This document shows positions 11,196 to 21,800 of a stretch of 64,000 nucleotides of DNA, piece after piece (position 1 is the stretch's first letter; each line of letters opens with the position of its first letter). The DNA comes from a bacterium. GTDB lineage: Bacteria > Hinthialibacterota > Hinthialibacteria > Hinthialibacterales > Hinthialibacteraceae. The notes below the pieces were generated by a model, which had not been told where the DNA came from, ran no database searches, and was given only the letters and a program-made list of their open reading frames with translations. The stretch is from the NCBI GenBank assembly GCA_963663405.2, contig CAXXSM010000053.1:128001-192000 (forward strand), in the 5' to 3' direction. Position numbers and translations under genes: made by a program.

Positions 11196-12083
11196 ATGGT
11201 CAATGAGATTGATACAAAAGCGAAGTCGGGATGGACTTTTCTGGTGGTTACGATTGTGGTGTTTGGGCTGACGGTTTGGTTGATCGTATCGGGAGCGTTT
11301 AATCTCGCGCATCGAGAATTTCCCTGGTACTGGGTAGGCGGTTTACCATCCCTGATCACATTCATTCTTCTCTGCTGTGGATTTTATATCCTGCAGCCGA
11401 ATGAGGCGGGCGCGTTGATCCTATTTGGCCATTATCAGGGTACGGTGAAAGAGAACGGCTTCTGCTGGCGCAATCCCTTCACAACCGTCAAGAAAATCTC
11501 TCTACGGGCGAGAAATTTGAATGGTGAAAAATTAAAGGTCAACGATAAATCGGGCAATCCGATTGAAATCGCCGCCGTCGTGGTGTGGAAAGTGAAGAAC
11601 ACCGCCCAAGCGCTCTTCGAAGTGGATAATTATGAAGAATACGTGGATACGCAGAGCGAAGCCGCCATGCGCCGCTTAGCTGGTCTCTATCCCTACGATA
11701 CCAATGAGGCGGAGGAAAACGAAATCTCCCTGCGCGAAGGAACAGACGAAGTCAACGTCGAACTGACCAAAGAGTTACAGGAGCGCCTCGGACGCGCTGG
11801 GGTGATCGTTGAGGAAGCCCGGATCAGTCATCTCGCCTACGCGCCGGAAATCGCTGGAGCGATGCTGCGCCGTCAGCAGGCCCAAGCGGTAATCGCCGCC
11901 CGGAAGAAAATCGTGGAAGGCGCCGTCACCATGGTCGAAATGGCCCTCGATGAACTGAGCGCTAAACAAGTTGTCGAATTGGATGAAGAACGCAAAGCCA
12001 TGATGGTCAGCAACCTGCTTGTCGTTCTTTGCGGAGAGGAATCGGCCCATCCGGTCGTGAATACAGGCACGCTCTATCATTAG
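11196..12083 (+). CDS. SPFH (stomatin/band 7) domain membrane protein
   Basis: Two N-terminal TM segments; [47 protein letters not shown]...VVNTGTLY. Confidence 0.92.
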   Translation: MVNEIDTKAKSGWTFLVVTIVVFGLTVWLIVSGAFNLAHREFPWYWVGGLPSLITFILLCCGFYILQPNEAGALILFGHYQGTVKENGFCWRNPFTTVKKISLRARNLNGEKLKVNDKSGNPIEIAAVVVWKVKNTAQALFEVDNYEEYVDTQSEAAMRRLAGLYPYDTNEAEENEISLREGTDEVNVELTKELQERLGRAGVIVEEARISHLAYAPEIAGAMLRRQQAQAVIAARKKIVEGAVTMVEMALDELSAKQVVELDEERKAMMVSNLLVVLCGEESAHPVVNTGTLYH

Positions 12084-12109
12084 TCCGATCATACAATGAT
12101 TAAAAAAAA

Positions 12110-12156
12110 GGGAGGGCGATTTCCGATTCTCATCGAATTGGATCTTCGCCCTCTCC
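12110..12156 (+). other. Long imperfect hairpin between SPFH and Arc genes, flanked by A tracts
   Basis: GAGGGCGA...TCCGATT pairs with AATTGGA...TCGCCCTC. Confidence 0.5.
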
Positions 12157-12173
12157 ATATATTAAAAAAAAAC

Positions 12174-12368
12174 ATGGCGAAACGAAAATCTTTTCTTCTT
12201 CGATTGGATCCCAAGTTGTGGGACGAACTCAACATCTGGGCGCAAAGCGAACTCCGAAGCGTTAACGGCCAGATCGAGTTCCTTTTACGTGAAGCCATTA
12301 AGAAGAGAAAGAAATCGTTTACGAGTAGACCGGACGAAAAAATTAAGGAGTGGAAAAAGGAAGATTGA
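12174..12368 (+). CDS. Arc/ribbon-helix-helix DNA-binding protein
   Basis: MAKRKSFLLRLDPKLWDELNIWAQSELRSVNGQIEFLLREA; start moved to ATG 12174. Confidence 0.88.
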   Translation: MAKRKSFLLRLDPKLWDELNIWAQSELRSVNGQIEFLLREAIKKRKKSFTSRPDEKIKEWKKED

Positions 12369-12429
12369 AATCCGAATTCATTTGAACAAGCGTCTGTCTA
12401 AGGGAGGAATGATTTTAACTTTATTTATA

Positions 12430-12459
12430 AGGGGCGCCGTTTCGTGCGCCCCTTTTTTT
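12430..12459 (+). terminator. Rho-independent terminator
   Basis: AGGGGCGC-CGTTTCGT-GCGCCCCT followed by a T tract. Confidence 0.75.
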
Positions 12460-12595
12460 AGTTATTTGTTCGTTTAGAATATACCCACTGACACTGGACA
12501 TCATTGACTCTATCACCAGAATTTAAGAAAAAACAATGAGACGTCTTTTCTCGTTTTTCATGAAAAAATCGGATCATTAGAAACAAGGTGAGATC

Positions 12596-13090
12596 ATGAG
12601 CGTACGAAGTGTTTGTATCGGATTCGTTCTAGCCTTCGCGAATTTATTCATGCTGTTTGTATTTCATTTATTCATCGATGACGGCGCGTCCAGCGCGCAC
12701 GGATTACTTACGACTTGGTATGGCCGCGTATTTGCGCATATCCTTGTCTACCTCTTGTTCTTCTCCCCTTATATCCTTTTTTTCACAGCGTTGAAAGTAT
12801 GGAAGCGGTTTGCTCGAACGCCCTATTTATTTTCGAATCCTTGGGAGCCGTTGATTGTGATAACCACGGGAATTTCTCTCCTTTTCCTCGCCATGATCCC
12901 CTGGCGTTACTTCAATCCAGAAATCCTGCCGGTATCAATTCTCTTCGCTGAATACTTCATTCCATTCACATTCTTCAACGCCATCCCCGTCTACTTCGCC
13001 GCCATCCTTTACGGGAATTACAAAGTCAAATCCGCTTACCTAGGCTGCGCCGAATCCGAATTCACAGAACCATCCCCCTCCACGAAGTAG
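12596..13090 (+). CDS. Hypothetical integral membrane protein (about 4 TM)
   Basis: RBS AAGGTG, four hydrophobic segments; no family recognised. Confidence 0.7.
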   Translation: MSVRSVCIGFVLAFANLFMLFVFHLFIDDGASSAHGLLTTWYGRVFAHILVYLLFFSPYILFFTALKVWKRFARTPYLFSNPWEPLIVITTGISLLFLAMIPWRYFNPEILPVSILFAEYFIPFTFFNAIPVYFAAILYGNYKVKSAYLGCAESEFTEPSPSTK

Positions 13091-13101
13091 AATGAAAGAG
13101 C

Positions 13102-13133
13102 GGGTGGCAAGGGCAAGGCGTTTTCTGCCCTTG
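13102..13133 (+). repeat. Family-A REP-like palindrome
   Basis: GGGTGGCAAGGGCAAGGCGTTTTCTGCCCTTG. Confidence 0.85.
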
Positions 13134-13224
13134 TATTATTCTGATGATCTATGAATATGTCTCAACTAAGATTGTCGTGTATTCGCAGTCTAAATGATGG
13201 TTAGAAGGCAAGAGAGATGAGATA

Positions 13225-13821
13225 ATGATTAAGAAGAAATCCGACTATGGCTATGAGTATCTCCTGGTTTTTGGAATTATCATCGTGGGTGCAATCATGT
13301 TAAATAAGGAATCCCCTTCGCCTAATCAGACACAGCCTACAACTCCTATACCATCCATTACCATTCCTAGAATCACGGCAAGCCTTTCAATCTTCACGGT
13401 GGATCGGGAGAATGCACAATTCGTTTTCACGCTCCAACTGAGCAATCAGGAGGTCAATGAGATCACGGTTCACGTCGTTGTCTACGGGAAGAATGATATG
13501 TTTTCACCTCCCCGTCGGAGTGCGTGGCCCTTTGCTGGCATACTCTTCCGACAAGCTGGTACTCACCGGGGTGCTTTATCCTCTTCCAGTATCTCCCGAA
13601 ACTGGAGTTCTCGACCAGAAAACACAAAGGGCATGAAACTGGTGCTGAAACCAAATGGAACTGAATCCTTAGAAGGAGCTCTTCCTATCAATGAGACTTG
13701 TCAGCATGATGCTTGGCGAGGCAAGCCACTTGATCCACGTTCAATGTATAATGAGGTTTTCTTTTGGGTTTTCTCACAAAATGGACAACTGATCTACGAG
13801 AAGAAATACGACGTGAACTAA
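13225..13821 (+). CDS. Hypothetical protein with N-terminal membrane anchor and Pro/Thr linker
   Basis: LLVFGIIIVGAIML, SPSPNQTQPTTPIPS, then a beta-rich domain. Confidence 0.7.
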   Translation: MIKKKSDYGYEYLLVFGIIIVGAIMLNKESPSPNQTQPTTPIPSITIPRITASLSIFTVDRENAQFVFTLQLSNQEVNEITVHVVVYGKNDMFSPPRRSAWPFAGILFRQAGTHRGALSSSSISRNWSSRPENTKGMKLVLKPNGTESLEGALPINETCQHDAWRGKPLDPRSMYNEVFFWVFSQNGQLIYEKKYDVN

Positions 13822-13823
13822 TT

Positions 13824-13888
13824 GTCAAACAACCGCTTCTAAAAATGTTGTAGCGAAACCGCACCAAATCTCGAAGCGAGTGTAGTGC
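13824..13888 (+). other. Degenerate integron attC-like site
   Basis: GTCAAAC-AACCG-CTTC ... GCG-AAAC-CGC ... GAAG-CGAGT-GTAGTGC begins 2 bp after the stop codon; GTTAGAA core-like site at 13200-13206 upstream of the gene. Confidence 0.35.
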
Positions 13889-13914
13889 ACCATCATTACA
13901 GATGTTAGTAAAAA

Positions 13915-13946
13915 GTAGGGTGGTTTAAAAGCGAAGCGTAGCCCAC
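13915..13946 (+). repeat. Family-C GTAG-type REP
   Basis: GTAGGGTGGTTTAAAAGCGAAGCGTAGCCCAC, near-identical to 60865-60897. Confidence 0.8.
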
Positions 13947-13973
13947 AGTAATTCTGGATAATACAAAGCGCGC

Positions 13974-14282
13974 ATGAAACCACAACTAATCGTCATAGCC
14001 GGACCAAACGGCGCCGGGAAAACAACATTCGCTTTGGAACTTCTCGAAGCGCATCCATGCCCATATCTAAGCGTCGACGCCATCGCCGCTGACCTAAATC
14101 CCGAATCGGATGAGAGTGTGCGTCTCAAAGCGGGAAGGATCTTTCTTTAGAAGATTTCAGCGCGAATCCGAAACGCCAAAACCTTCGTTGTTGAATCCAC
14201 GCTAGCCAGATTGACTTTCAGAAACGTGATTGAGAAAGCGCGCGATGTTGGTTATACAATCGAGATTGGTTTGGTTTACCCG
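13974..14282 (+). pseudogene. Zeta-toxin/AAA_33-like P-loop ATPase pseudogene
   Basis: MKPQLIVIAGPNGAGKTTFA...DAIAADLNP...AGRIFL* (TAG 14148-14150) then ...FVVESTLA...ARDVGYTIEI; C-terminal half missing. Confidence 0.8.
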
Positions 14283-14360
14283 CCATGTATGTACATATTT
14301 AATGTTAGATTAAAAGGATGGGAAGGACAAGGTTTAAATAACCAATTTGGTATTCACTTA

Positions 14361-14987
14361 TCAATCGTTCAGCATTCCCGCGACTTCTCCACCGTATCGT
14401 ACTATGTCTCCCAAACTGGTAACCCCGTTTGATGGATCGTAGATCTTATCGAGGGGATTTCCTGCGGGAACGTTGCCACCTGTGACGGTCTTGTCGAATC
14501 GTATTTCCAAGGGGGGATGAACACCACCGGAATGAACATGATCAGGGCCTGTCGAATTGAGCGCGAATCCCTGCGGAAATTGGGATACCAATTCTCCCCA
14601 CCGTCCTGATTCGCCTTGTGACCATCGTCCACGATAATTGATCCAAACATAGGTGGGGACACTCGATTCGAAATATTCGATAAACTCCTTGGGATTGAAT
14701 GGATCTTCTACATCCACGCTTGAAATGTATGACACCGGTGTTGTCAATTCGATGACAACCGCCACATAATTCCCGCTCCGGCTTGGCCAGGGATAGGCGT
14801 TGTTATCGAGTTTATACATATCCGAGGCGGTGGCAAGAGATCGCAAATCACTTTTACAGCGGGCCACTTTGGCTCGAACCTGCGCGTTTAAAAAATTCGG
14901 TATGGCGATTGCCGCTAGGATTCCAATAATTGATACAACGATCAGCAGTTCAATTAAAGTAAACGACTGTCTGCTAAACATGTTCAT
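14361..14987 (-). CDS. Type II secretion/type IV pilin-like protein (prepilin N-methylation domain, GspG-like)
   Basis: SFTLIELLIVVSIIGILAAIAIPNFLNAQVRAKVAR...DNNAYP...STGPD...YDPSNGVTSLGDIVR. Confidence 0.88.
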   Translation of the reverse strand: MNMFSRQSFTLIELLIVVSIIGILAAIAIPNFLNAQVRAKVARCKSDLRSLATASDMYKLDNNAYPWPSRSGNYVAVVIELTTPVSYISSVDVEDPFNPKEFIEYFESSVPTYVWINYRGRWSQGESGRWGELVSQFPQGFALNSTGPDHVHSGGVHPPLEIRFDKTVTGGNVPAGNPLDKIYDPSNGVTSLGDIVRYGGEVAGMLND

Positions 14988-15117
14988 GGGAAAATTATCC
15001 TATAAAGATTATTCTCTATCAATCGAGAATTTCATTCACTTCTCTCCTTATCACTTCATATACATGATACGTTTTGACGATTACACAAAAGAATAGCTCT
15101 GCCTTTACGGGCTCTAC

Positions 15118-16752
15118 CTACCTTCCAATGCGTAAAACAATGAGAGAGCGGGGTAGGAGTTTGACCGCAGCGCTGTTTGATTGTGTGGAAAGGGATGAAC
15201 CTATCGGAATACTCAGTATAGAGGATATGGATGATGCTTGTTTAAATTGAATCGACGCTTCGACTGGTTTGTCGTTAAAATTCTCAATTACGGCGGTATC
15301 GCTGTCAAAAAGGTATAGCGCCACACGTGACGGGGCGTTGAATTCGATGCCGAACGGTTTGAGCATAGCTCTGCGGATGGCTTTGAGTTGTTCGGGGAGG
15401 ATATCCATCAGTTCCCAGAGATCTTTGGGCGTGTTGATGATTTGGTTTTTACCCATACGTTCTTTTAGGGTAGATGGCATTTTTTCTGCGAGTTCATCCG
15501 TGATTAGAACGGGAGCGCCTCTATCGAGTAAATCCCTCACTTTTTTTGCGAAGGTCGGATCTTTGGCTGTATGAACGGGTAGGAAGAAGGCTTGTCCATC
15601 TTTGTGAATCTCTGTGGCGGGGACAAGCGGCAAACCTATCATCCCGATAAAATCGTAGACATAGTTTTCATTTCCGCCATCGCTGTTGGGGATTTTGGGA
15701 GCGCTGATTCCACGAGGTTGTTTCTCATGGATCAATTCGGCCAGTTTAAACAAATCAGGGATTTCTTTCCGCAAGGCTTTGATATTTTCCGGGCCGGTAT
15801 CGTTTTGCAATGAGCCATAGCAGAAAAGCAGCGCCTGACGGGCGCCGCCTAGGATTGTTTGACGCGCCTGTTCTAAATATGTCGGAGGGGTGGTCCCATA
15901 AGGATCGAACCAACCTCCTCCACATTTTTCCCCGCCGATCTTACCCAGCCAGCGCATGATAAAATAGGCTTCGTATTGAGCTTTCCGTCCCCAGCGCTGA
16001 TTATCCGGATCGCGGGTTTCGGTTCCCACCCAGATCTTATCGAACATATCCGACTGGCGGACAACCTCATACCCCCGGTTATGAAAGTTATCGTACCATT
16101 GGGGATACTTGATAATGATCGTAACATTTGGATTAACTTTACGGGCTGGATTGATGACGTTTTTTTGAGAGATACCTGCCAGCAGATCACAACGGTATTC
16201 AGCCCAGGATTGATCGCCTCGCGCCTTAACGCAATCTTCGCACTCGCACCCGGTGGCGAAAAAATCATCGATCATCACTTCGTCAAATAAACCCGCGGCG
16301 AATTCGAATGCGGATTGTAACGTTTCCAGGGCTTTGGGATCTGTAAAGCAGGGAAAGGACCAGCCGTTGACGCTGTCACGGCCGAGTTTTGTGGTTGTGA
16401 TACAGCCGCTGACTTGGAAACCGGCGTCCAGAAATTTCGTTTTGGCTTTTAGTAATACATCCCGGTTTGGCGTGTAACCTCCCCGGAATGATTCCAAGTA
16501 GACATGAGTGACGGCGGTGTCTTTACACCATTGGATGGCGTTATCGATCCTCTCATCGGATGTGAGGTATTGACGGACGTTCTGAGCCGTGAAGAGGGTT
16601 GAAAAACTCAGCACGGATTTGTTTTTATGGGCCAGATCCCAGAGTGATTCGTCCGCCGCTTTGGCCGATATGGCCAACGAAATTCCCAAAATAGTCAGGA
16701 GTAGTTTGTTGTTGATTGCTTTTTTTAAATTATTCATTTTATCCCTATTCAT
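15118..16752 (-). CDS. Secreted hypothetical protein, probable glycoside-hydrolase-like TIM barrel
   Basis: Signal peptide; EVMIDDFFATGCECEDC, IIKYPQWYD, WVGTETRDP, GGWFDPY. Confidence 0.65.
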   Translation of the reverse strand: MNRDKMNNLKKAINNKLLLTILGISLAISAKAADESLWDLAHKNKSVLSFSTLFTAQNVRQYLTSDERIDNAIQWCKDTAVTHVYLESFRGGYTPNRDVLLKAKTKFLDAGFQVSGCITTTKLGRDSVNGWSFPCFTDPKALETLQSAFEFAAGLFDEVMIDDFFATGCECEDCVKARGDQSWAEYRCDLLAGISQKNVINPARKVNPNVTIIIKYPQWYDNFHNRGYEVVRQSDMFDKIWVGTETRDPDNQRWGRKAQYEAYFIMRWLGKIGGEKCGGGWFDPYGTTPPTYLEQARQTILGGARQALLFCYGSLQNDTGPENIKALRKEIPDLFKLAELIHEKQPRGISAPKIPNSDGGNENYVYDFIGMIGLPLVPATEIHKDGQAFFLPVHTAKDPTFAKKVRDLLDRGAPVLITDELAEKMPSTLKERMGKNQIINTPKDLWELMDILPEQLKAIRRAMLKPFGIEFNAPSRVALYLFDSDTAVIENFNDKPVEASIQFKQASSISSILSIPIGSSLSTQSNSAAVKLLPRSLIVLRIGR

Positions 16753-16909
16753 GATGTTATTTATGTTAGAGTAATAAAACTGGAATTTCCCATTTGAATC
16801 AGGAAATAAGTCAGTTTTCTCGCATTCACTCTATTCTTTCCTAAAAAATCGTGTCATGTCAAGTACTTTCAAAAAAAAACGGTATCAGGTTTGTATCGAT
16901 CATATACTA

Positions 16910-18772
16910 TCAATTAGATTGAGAAGAATGGAAACTCTCTCCTGGATAATTGGAATCGAATTCAAGGATATCAATTTCTAAACAATCAATCCAAATTGTG
17001 GCGGGATCGGTTTGACTTGTTGATGCGGCTTGGATAACTGGAGTGATATATTTATCATCATTGGATTGATAGACAAGAGTCAGCGTTTTTTCATGGTTCA
17101 AAAAACTAGCCGCTGAATAGGGCGCATACGTAGCGATAGAACCATCGGTCTCCTGCATAGAACCTTTTAAAACTCCTAGCGTAACGGTGACGTTTTGTGC
17201 GTTCGCTGATAATGTGATGCGTAGAATAACCGGTTTTCCTGCTGTGTTGACCGGCTGTGCTGAATATGCAAACGCTACTTGTTTGGGATGCACTGTGATC
17301 GCCATTCCTTTTTGATCCTGTGATGTAGAGAAACGCCCAGTAGGCAACGCTGATATTTGTATCGTTCCCGCGGGTGTATCCGGCACAAATCCACCAGGAA
17401 TTTCACTCCAGCCATTTCCCACTAAAGTTGGATTGCTGAAATCAAAAACTTTCTTACCTGTAGTTATTGGGATGGCGGTTGGTGTTGGTGTGTTCGTGAT
17501 GACTGGTTTTTGCGTTGGCGTTGCGCTTGGGGGGATTGGTGTTGGATTTTTTGATCCATCCTCAGTTGGGGGGGCAAGAAAGATCGATTGATTTGGTAAT
17601 TCTTGGGATGGAACCCAAACCGGATATGCGCTCATTCCTTCATTTGTTAACCGGGTCAATCCGCCGCCATCGATATTGACCGTATATAGATCGAATCCCA
17701 TTGGTGGTTGAGCGCCTTCTTTTGAATATACACAAAACGCGACTTGTTTCCCGTCTGGAGACCAGGCTACACTTTTAATCGCTTCGAATAGAGTGGCTTC
17801 AATCCCTGGGATAGCGGGAAGATTAACAAGCTCAGGGGAGGTGATTTGAACGCCAGGCGCGTTTGAGCCATCCGCGCGGACAATAAAGACAGCCGTATCC
17901 CGATTTACCTGCCTTACATATGCGATCTGTTGCCCATCCGGCGACCAGGCCGGTGAATAATGACGCTCGATTACTGGATTAAATGGATCATAGACAGGAT
18001 TCAAAACGGGTTGAAACGCGGCGCCTTCTGGATTCACAATGTATAAGGTCCAATCCTGGTAGCCAGGATAACTATTGATGAAACTTACCAAAATTTTGGT
18101 TGGATCAAAAGGATGCCATGTGGAGTGAGACCAAGCGTATCCAACAGCTTGCCCCGGTAATTCAAGAGCGGTTGCCGCGAACGCGCTGGAACCATCCGTG
18201 TTGGCTATTGCTAAAAATGAACGGGGATCCATGGCTTTGGGCGCGATCGTCTGCGCTTTTGGAAAAGTTGTTTTCACCTGTTGTGGGACGATGGGAATAG
18301 GAACGGACATATCTTTCGGTTCCAATAGATTCGCCCGGTAAATGATCCGTGATTGATCCGGAGAAACCGTCGTTTCTCCCGCCCAAAGAACTAGAGTTGT
18401 TGTTCTGGAATCGCCGGTCCAACCCATGAATGGAGTGATGCGGTATGGCGTAAAAACACCATGTACTGAATAGCAATAGATCATCACAAATGGATAGGGA
18501 AAGTCAGCGATCCAAACGGGGATAGACATAAACAACGCTTGACCGTCCGGGCTAAAAACGGGATTCATAAACGCGCCATCGGCTAACTTAATTTGTTGGG
18601 TTCCATCCGCGCGGATTGCATTTAATGAAAATTCCTGCAATGTATCAAAACGGCCGCGATTATACATCAGCCAATCATTGGCGTTTACATGCATAGATCC
18701 AAGTATTAAAACAATCGTATATACAATTCGAATTAACTTGATTTGGGATTGATTCATAATGATTGTCTCCAA
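16910..18772 (-). CDS. Secreted TolB-like (PD40) beta-propeller protein with Pro/Thr linker and an unnamed C-terminal domain
   Basis: Signal peptide; PVFSPDGQ, SPAWSPDGQQIAY, AWSPDGKQVAF, DGGGLTRLT; PTPIPPSATPT linker. Confidence 0.8.
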   Translation of the reverse strand: METIIMNQSQIKLIRIVYTIVLILGSMHVNANDWLMYNRGRFDTLQEFSLNAIRADGTQQIKLADGAFMNPVFSPDGQALFMSIPVWIADFPYPFVMIYCYSVHGVFTPYRITPFMGWTGDSRTTTLVLWAGETTVSPDQSRIIYRANLLEPKDMSVPIPIVPQQVKTTFPKAQTIAPKAMDPRSFLAIANTDGSSAFAATALELPGQAVGYAWSHSTWHPFDPTKILVSFINSYPGYQDWTLYIVNPEGAAFQPVLNPVYDPFNPVIERHYSPAWSPDGQQIAYVRQVNRDTAVFIVRADGSNAPGVQITSPELVNLPAIPGIEATLFEAIKSVAWSPDGKQVAFCVYSKEGAQPPMGFDLYTVNIDGGGLTRLTNEGMSAYPVWVPSQELPNQSIFLAPPTEDGSKNPTPIPPSATPTQKPVITNTPTPTAIPITTGKKVFDFSNPTLVGNGWSEIPGGFVPDTPAGTIQISALPTGRFSTSQDQKGMAITVHPKQVAFAYSAQPVNTAGKPVILRITLSANAQNVTVTLGVLKGSMQETDGSIATYAPYSAASFLNHEKTLTLVYQSNDDKYITPVIQAASTSQTDPATIWIDCLEIDILEFDSNYPGESFHSSQSN

Positions 18773-18811
18773 ATGAACTGAAACTCTACGCTTACTGGCT
18801 GCGCTTACCGC

Positions 18812-21800
18812 TCAAGGGAATGACACGCGTCCCTCATCCGGCATGCTATCGATTTCAAATGTATTTACATTCATCGCTGAAACAAAAATAGACATGGAAG
18901 TGGGATTTCCTATAGAATTCAAAGGGACGGTCACATCAATTTGATTGGCGGCGGATCGAACTACATTTTGGATCGAACCGGCTTCGTAAAAATCCATCCA
19001 ATCAATGCCATATGGATCACTCCATTGATAAATAGTCTCTTCATATTCCTCTGTGAAGAATTCCGGACCAATGGATAAATAGAAATCCATTCCATCTTGA
19101 TCGCCGGTTCCCTGATTTCGATCCGTATCAAGATAGATTTCAATAGAAACCTGTGTTTTTCGAATCGCTTCGGCGGGTATAGAATCATGAAATACTAAAC
19201 GAAATGTCATATTCCGCCCTGTGATTTGCGCGAGGAGTTGTTTCAAATCATAAGCGCCGGACAAACCTTCACGCGCATCGTTCATCACAACAGTCCAACC
19301 ATCGGAAGGCGCTGGCGTAGGAACCAAAGTGGGTGGAGGCTGAGTGGGCGTATAAACCGGCGCTTGTGTCCATGTAGGAGTATTCACCGGTGTCCATGTC
19401 GGAGTTGGTGTGAAGACAACCGGTTTTGTTGATGTTGGTGGAATCGGCGCCGTTGGATGTGGCGTGTTTTGAGGGCTGCCCGTTTGGTCTGTCCAGGTGG
19501 AATAAAAAAGGCGTCCGAGATAATCAAGGTTTTTCGCGATCTGGTAGATTTCGATCCGGTCGATCCATACTCGAAACGCAGACGCCGGATTTGTGGCCGC
19601 GACTTGCAGCATCGGAGTAATGATTTCACCTTGATCCGGTTCATACATAAGTATTAAACAACGTTCTTGCTCTACAAAGTCTTTCGCGCTAGCGGCCATG
19701 TTTGTCGCAATGGAACTATCCACTCCCTGATATGTAGTCAAATTTCCTTTTAACGCGGCCAATGTAATCATTGCTGGAGAGTCTTCCGCTCGTAAAACCG
19801 CGCGAATTAAAATTGGAGAGCCTCCTGTTTGAACTGGATTTTTTGCGAAGAGAAGCTGCACTTGTTTTTCCTGTATCGTAATTGAAATTCCCTGCTGATC
19901 CTGAGTGGAAGGAATCAAATTGATCATTGAAACGTTGGTTTCAACTTTTCCAGGGGGAGCCTGTACAAATGCGCCGATAATCTCTCCCCAACCACAATCT
20001 TCTAATGAGGAACGGTTAAACTCATAGACGATCAAAGGCGTCAGAGCATCATTGGGAGCGGAGGGCAATGTGGGAGTGGGTTTTGCTGGAGGCATCGTCG
20101 GGGATGGACTTGGTTGAATGGCTGGGAGTGCGTCCCAGGCGGCTTTGACATTCATTTTTCCAGCGCCCCAGCGTCCATCCCAACCCGGCGCGCCGGCGTC
20201 AATTGCAGTTTGCGTCAAGATCGATTTGATTTGCGCTGCATCCAAAGCAGGATTCTTTTGCAGCAATAATGCCGCCGCTCCACAGACATGCGGAGACGCC
20301 ATACTGGTTCCTTGATCGACAAAGTGTTTCCCATCGGGTGTGCTGTGCGAACGGCGAGTACCATAATCCGGTTGGATATTGGATTCCCACGCGGCGTAAA
20401 TATATTGGCCAGGAGCGGCTATATCGGGTTTTCGAACCCCATTCTGCAAAGGCCCACGTCCGGATGTAACCGCGATTTGTCCAATGATCGCGCTGCTGTC
20501 TTCATGAACGTTCCCATCTACGGTTACCCAACTATTTTTCGTGACGTATGAAGCGACTCCAATCACATTCTCCGCGCTGGCCGGCGTATTGATTGTAACT
20601 TCGGAATCCGGTTGGATACGAAGTTGATCGTTTGGATTGCCGGCGAACTGCACGCCCGGCGGGGAAAACGCGATCCAGGATTCAAGCGGTACGCCTTCTC
20701 CATTGAATTCCACATCGAATTCGAATTTTGATAAATCCACCTCCTGACCGTTTTTCTCGATGATGAATGTGATCAAGTTATAGTTTGGATTCTGCGGATA
20801 CGGCGCCTGACGGGCATCGACAGTGACAATGGTTCCTTGTAAGGCGCCTTCTTCGATGGCTAACACGTGCCGCCCGTTTTTTGATACCCAATTGGTTGTC
20901 ACATATTGGGACATTTGATCGTCTTTTGGAATCCACATCCGTGCTTGAACGGATAGCGCCGCTGGATACCATGATTGAATAATAGCGATTTCATAGTCAT
21001 CCGTTGAATAGATCCGGAAATAGGGATAGAAATTATTCGCAGGAGCGGATAAGATCGATTTCGCATGAACCGTATCATCTCCTTCATTTCCAACCGCCGC
21101 GCAAATCACACGGCCGGGGATTCCTGAACCAGCCAGTTGATTGAGGGCTTGATCTAATGTGTAGGTTCCATCGTGCAATCCATAATGAGCGCCGAATGAC
21201 ATGTTGACTGCGATTGGCCTGTTCCCGGCTCTATGAAATAACCAATTGACAGCGTCGAGAATTTGTGTGTCGCGGACATCATCTTCATGGTTGACGATCA
21301 GTAAGTTGGCGTCCGGCGCCATGCCGGCATATTGATACGCGGGTTGACCATTTCCTGTTTCCGAACCATCACCGGCGGCGATACTCGCCACATGCGTTCC
21401 ATGAAAACGGCGGGGAATATGCGCGCAGGTTTTTTGATCGAGCGAAGACTTTTCCCAAAGAGTTCCATACGGATAGCCATCCGGCGCCGCGCCCGAATTA
21501 TCCAATTGATCCCAAATCGCAAGAATGCGAGATTGATCATCCTCCGTTCGGAAATCACCATGGCGGTAATCAATCCCGGAATCGATGATTCCAACAAGAA
21601 CGCCTTCTCCACGATGTCCAGCCCCTAGTTCCAGCCAAACTTGATCCGCTCGTGTTTCGGGAACGCTGCGGTCTAATCGATGGGAAAGATGCTTCGCGCT
21701 TTCTATAGAATGCACAGCCGGGATTTCAGCCAGTTCATGTACAATTTCAAGAGGAACCCATGCCGTAAGAATCGCGCCTAAATCCGTTCGGATTCGAATC

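Noticed and set aside
14148-14150. Stop-codon recoding (TAG readthrough or alternative genetic code)
   Set aside because: TAG, TGA and TAA all terminate intact genes in the window; in-frame stops occur only in truncated relics.
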